From Nemertoderma westbladi (Eukaryota > Animalia > Xenacoelomorpha): a stretch of 64,000 nucleotides of DNA. A program made the position numbers and the translations under genes. The stretch covers positions 73,303 through 137,302 of the forward strand of contig JAUCBJ010008555.1 in assembly GCA_032718475.1 (NCBI GenBank). The letters are read 5' to 3'. Below are positions 58,969-64,000 of this stretch, in pieces. The notes below the pieces were generated by a model, which did no database searches, was not told where the DNA came from, and was given only the letters and a program-made list of their open reading frames with translations. Every line of letters begins with the position of its first letter. Position 1 is the stretch's first letter.

Positions 58969-60442
58969 CGTGTTTTCTGTCCTCAAATTCTAATACAATA
59001 TTTGCTCTCAGATCTTAAAATATACAATACATGTCCGTAATTTGGCTGCCACTTCTTTTTAATACTCATATCTCGTTTATAATAATAATAATACAAACTA
59101 AAATATTATAATATTATCTCAAACTAAAGTGTAAGAAGCAAACATTATGCATATGTATGTATTGTAAATTTGTTTACATTACAAAATTAAGATAAGAATT
59201 GACAATTTGTGACAACCTGACTACTCTGTGAATTGACTCTTACTATCGTACTACTAATTACCGGTACTCGGTTGTCGGTTGCTTATTGCTTTACTTTTGT
59301 TTCATATTTCTAGCATTAATGATTTATATGAAGTTGTAGGGGACTGAGTTTAAAAAATGTCGCTATATTTTTGGACATCCGTATTCCTTAATGTGGTTAC
59401 TACCGTAATACAGTTTTGTGCTCCCGCATTAAATTTCTCGTACATTGTGTCTGTTTGTTTGTCTGTAAGTATATCAACTTAAAGTTTAGGATATTTCGGT
59501 TACTGCGTCACTACTGATTTATAATTGCCCTCACCACTTGTCCAGTTATTATTATATGAATATAATGGAGCTAAACGATGTGGTGTTACATATCTATTTT
59601 CTCTCCACCGCCAAAGAGTCAGCTTCTGAGCTTGCCACACACACATGAGTCTATCAACTCTACAAATATACAGTGTATGCTTTTATTAATTCTCTGAATC
59701 ATTTTGCTGATGAATGTATTAAATCCAACTCACGCAATTGATTTAATGCTTTATATTATGCCTGTGGGTGCGGGGACCGTATGAGTTTACTTTTTATTGC
59801 AGAAATTTATCTCCTAATGTTACAACTACAGTTGAGTTGACCGTTTGACTTAGCATACATAATGTCAGCGATGCGATTCAAAATGCGATGGAAAACCACT
59901 GGCGCTGTCACCGCAAGGTGTATCTTTGGATCTGGCCTTATACTACACAGCAGCCGCTGTACATCTATCAGCAGTTTGAATTTATAAATAGATAAATTGC
60001 AGAAGATATCAACAAATTTTATTAAATTCTCTCCGCACCTAAAAGTAAGGGTGATAGTAGTGCACCCCAGCCCGAACGGTTATATATTTTTTTGAAATTC
60101 CTAAATCTCAGTTATTTATCAAAGAAAATCTGGTGTTTTTTATAGATTTGGAATCCTTGCAAGGTCATCGACTTTCCATCTGTAGCAGCACTAAATCAAG
60201 AGACGGGATAATAATATCTGTGGTGCAATATTGGTAATTAATGGGGGTTGGCGGTGCACTTTTCTTGATGCAGAGCTACTTCATTACGATTTGTAGTGGT
60301 ATTTCAAAAGCACGACAGAGCTTGTACTCAGATTAAGAATAGCCAAATCCCATCTCGGGTTATATCTCAGGTATATCGCTCCCATGCCACTGGGATCCAT
60401 CGCTGGTCGCAACTTTAATGCAACACGATCAGCCACGCAAAT

Positions 60443-60631
60443 TTAAAATACATCGGCATTATCCAATCCGGTGTATTTAGCAGAAGTGTCTTTCAGGAAT
60501 ATCACTGGCTGACCACCACGCTTCCTTTTACCAGCCGGGTGCCATAGAACGAGATAACGCAGAGGTTTATCAGTCCAACAAATCTCATGATTAGCCCCTG
60601 CAGGACTCTGCTGGGCTTTGGCAATTCTCAA
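60443..60631 (-). mobile_element. Old RTE-type 3' fragment
   Basis: DKPLRYLVLWHPAGKRKRGGQPVIFLKDT resembles DQPVHNLVLWQPHGVNKHGGQPMTFLRRILKDT of the RTE at 21408-22903. Confidence 0.55.
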
Positions 60632-60831
60632 TTAATACAAAAATTGTACAACGCCTCGACTATTAAGTCAGCATTGTATTTTATGTCATCTGGTTTATGC
60701 CGCCGTAAGACCCCCGAAGTGGCTACCATGACCGTCTACTGATTGCTACCCGGAATCGACTTAACTTTAGAGATTTCAGGCGATTTCAATACCGTTGATA
60801 CGGTAGTTTATGTAATGCAGACCATCTACTG

Positions 60832-61460
60832 TACTACTACTATGATCGGCCTGCTGCATTGAATCTGCACATTGAGATGTTATGGCAGCTTAACAAAAAC
60901 ATTTTGTCACCACCATGCAATCCACAGTAATTGGCAAGCCCAATGCAGCGTGCATTCTGAATGCTATGCAGGCTTATCAACAAAGTTGCACCGCCACAAC
61001 TCTCTATCCCACGTGACTTCGCGAGATTATCAACATTTTCAAGGCCAGTGTTCTTTAGGAGGCGTCTCACGAAAGTCATGGGCTGTCCACCATGCTAATT
61101 TTCCCAATGGGGCTGCCAATCACAAGATTGTGTCGAAATCAATGTCCTGCAAAGCGGATGCGGTTCCGTGTCAAGCTTGGGGGAACCAATGAGACACCTC
61201 CAATGTTATATAGTGCCTGGTTGGAGATGTGTGCATTGTACTTGACATAGTGAATCCGTCGTAGTATTCTTGTGAATGTTCCATCCAGTGATTTGGTGTC
61301 CTCAGCAGTTAGAGCCCAGCATGGACTCCCGTAGAGGAGTACTGGAACTACTGCTGCTCCATATAATCGGACCTTAAGTTTCCGATGACTTCGAAATCCC
61401 GGAAGTGTATTCCATGCTGCCCATGCCTTACCCTCTTCTAATTTGAGGTCTTCAGCTCAG
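60832..61460 (-). mobile_element. Decayed second copy of the RTE-type family inserted at 21408-22903
   Basis: 61270-61390 is the reverse complement of about 22410-22530 (GCAGCAGTAGTTCCAGTACTCCTCTACGGGAGTCCATGCTGGGCTCTAACTGCTGAGGACACCAAATC). It has the same GCCGATC..(TAG)n end. Confidence 0.85.
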
Positions 61461-61670
61461 CAGATCTCCGAATCCGAGTCTCGAAGTTGCAGATGACTGA
61501 ACGCACTGACGGTTGATGACGGCTTGGGGGAATACAAGTTTTACAGTCGGGATTTTGGTCTTTCTACAGACTAAATCAAAGTCCGACAAGTTTATTGGTT
61601 TTCCTCTAATACAGCTCTGTTTGCATTTCCCCTCATACACCATGTCCCGGTAAATAGTGTCGTAATTCAA

Positions 61671-62527
61671 GACACGACACCCCCAACGCCCCCCCCCCCC
61701 CCCCCCCCCCACCCTGAAATTTTTCTTCAAATCTTAATCAGAGATAGTTATAGAGATTAAGATGAATCATAGATAGTTTCACTTGAGCCAGAATTTTAAT
61801 TTTGCTTTCAATCTTTAGCTAAAAGCATTTAAAAATTGTGCCTCCGGAAATATTGCACCAGTTACACCGCAGCCATTCTTCTACTTTACAGGCTGTTGTT
61901 GATACTGTCTAGAAAGCTGGCCATGCAAGTATTCTAAATATGTAAAAACATTTCAATTTGGTTGGGGAATACTGTAGCTGATATGGGCATTCTAATGTTG
62001 CATGTATTTACTTTAGCTGCAGGCCATTTAATTCTATTTAATAAATGCACTATATTCTGGAACATGAATACGTACAGTAATAGTATGATTAAAGAGGTAT
62101 TTCATTGTTGCCAAGCTACAGTATAAGGATGGTATAAACAAAATGTTCCGGAATATGTTGTATTTATTCAATAGAATAAAAATAGCCTCGTGCAGATGGA
62201 AAACCATGCAACTTTTGAACGCCCATATCTCAGCTATTTTTCAACGAAATTCAGATTGTGTTACATATTTGGAATCCTTGCACGCTCAGCTTTCTAACAG
62301 TACGTAACGTAGAAGAATAGCTGCGTTGTAACTAGTGCCATATCGAAGGAGACACTTTATAAAAGCTTGTAGCTAAAGATTGAAAGCGAAAATAAAAATT
62401 CTGGCTCACCCACTAAGTGGTCGGGAAGTGAAACAGTCTCCGTTTCAAATATCATGCAATTTAATTAAGATTTGTAGAAAACCATTTTTTGGAGGGGGGG
62501 GGGGGGGGGGTCGTGTCGTGTCGTGTC
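61671..62527. mobile_element. Foldback/MITE-like element with long imperfect inverted arms
   Basis: GACACGACAC-(C)n...AAATCTTAAT...GAGCCAGAATTTT...TTTCAATCTTTAGCTA is mirrored at 62370-62527. Confidence 0.65.
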
Positions 62528-63331
62528 ACAACGCAAAAACTCCTTGCTATCGGCTATCACCCATCTAAGTAATTATCTACATTATTTAAGAATGGCATGT
62601 ACATATAGACTAGCACCTTTTGTCTGTACAGTACAGTAGCTTTACACGCTTTTATGCTTCTACTGTACAGTGATGTTCCCCGGAATAAATTTCAGCGAAA
62701 CTAGGTTGCAGAGTTTTTCTACATGTGTACGCACCAATATTAATATTTTCCAACGAACCGGCTGTATATTACAGTAATCGGCTAAAACTTGGCCGTAATC
62801 TAAACCAGTCGTCGACATTTTAATACTTTTTTTTATATATAGTCGTATATATTTCTATATTTATCGCCAAATTCTTTCAGTACACCGAGCAGCTTCGTCG
62901 GAGCATCATATACGGAAGGATAGGCTAGATACCATAGGCCTAATGCTAGGAAACTGTCTGGGTATAACAGCGATAACTCGAGAACTAAAAGAGATTTCGC
63001 ACAGCCGTTTTTAGATTTTGAATCATCAATAATTCTTCTTCAGATAAATTATAAATACAAAAAGAGAAATTTTGATCTACAGATTGGGTGGGGCTAACCC
63101 CACCCCCTCCCCCCTCCTTTAAGAATATAATTAACCAATACTAACTTACTACTGTTAATAGCGAGTTTAAGTTTATTTCAGAAATGTAATTTTATCCAAA
63201 CTCTTCAAATTTCTATAAAGTCAAAGACATTGCTGATACCGGCAGTTTCGATTCGTTCCAAAACATACAGTAATACCAGTACCAGCACTAATATTAGGCC
63301 CGTGTCGACAGATGCCATAATGCAGCTATTA

Positions 63332-64000
63332 TTATTCAGGATCCTTGCCTTTTGGTTTTTTTACCAGCAGTATAACTAGTAAAGCCACAAGAGTAATAAA
63401 ATTTACAATCATTGTTATAATTATTGTAGAAGCTATCCTCTTTGAACACTTGTTGTTTCCAGCGATGCAAGTAAGAAATGCATTGCACTTCGCCTTTATG
63501 AATCCAGGTTTTTTTTCCTTTGGTGTTGTTGTCTCACCAAGGTCCTCAGTTTTATCAGAGCTTTGCGTGGGTGGTTCCATGTTCATCTCAAATCTGGAAT
63601 TACCATTAAAACTCTGTTTACATTCACCCTCACTTATTTCTGGAGGTTTCCGCCATTCGGTGGTGTTGTACTTGTCATCATCTCGCATATTGCTCCTTGT
63701 GTTATCATCTGCAATTTCCCTAGTTCCACACTGATCATTTCTCTTCTCATCTCGATTCCAATTATCCCTATGATTTATATCATCCTTTCGATTATCCCTA
63801 AAACTTTTATGATCCGTCGCATCCCCTTTATCACGTTCTCTAGGAAAAGATCTATCATGAATTCCTTGTTTACCGGGTACTGTCTCATTATGCCTAGGTT
63901 TCACCTCATCACGTCCTCTAGTATTGGATCTATCGTCATAACCTGCAGATTTCCCCCTATGATCAACCTCATCACGTGCTCTAGTATTGGATCTATCGTC
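63332..64000 (-). CDS. C-terminal part of a hypothetical membrane protein (charged repeats + C-terminal TM helix), open to the window edge
   Basis: Frame is open from 64000 (DDRSNTRARDEV...DDRSNTRGRDEVKP...). TM IASTIIITMIVNFITLVALLVILLV followed by KKPKGKDPE*. Confidence 0.6.
   Translation of the reverse strand, partial: DDRSNTRARDEVDHRGKSAGYDDRSNTRGRDEVKPRHNETVPGKQGIHDRSFPRERDKGDATDHKSFRDNRKDDINHRDNWNRDEKRNDQCGTREIADDNTRSNMRDDDKYNTTEWRKPPEISEGECKQSFNGNSRFEMNMEPPTQSSDKTEDLGETTTPKEKKPGFIKAKCNAFLTCIAGNNKCSKRIASTIIITMIVNFITLVALLVILLVKKPKGKDPE

Overview
Animal (invertebrate-like) genomic DNA, AT-rich and heavily colonised by repeats. Positions 1-37.6 kb hold the 3' part (15 exons, about 876 aa visible) of a + strand secreted/ECM gene with 12 EGF (mostly Ca-binding), 2 follistatin/Kazal, TSP1, a third follistatin/Kazal and a C-terminal cystine knot. 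At least two of its introns begin with minisatellites whose unit spans the exon/5' splice-site junction, giving dozens of decoy donors. The 20-kb intron contains a nested stack: minisatellite > CR1/L2-group LINE with a 2A-like peptide > (intact BEL/Pao LTR element; RTE-type insertion fused in frame to the LINE endonuclease; hAT-type MITE). Another intron holds CRE-like and Penelope-like retroelements. Two degenerate copies of one minimal hammerhead-ribozyme family were found by eye: one in a tRNA-headed SINE-like unit (6.0-6.24 kb, +) and one inside an inverted-repeat element (37.8 kb, -). Downstream are MITEs, a decayed LINE, an intronless GPI-anchored Cys-rich (Ly6/uPAR-like) gene, an 81-bp minisatellite related to the Penelope tail repeat, an intronless p23/PTGES3 gene, RTE relics and the end of a membrane-protein ORF. 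All calls were made by manual reading, with no database searches.
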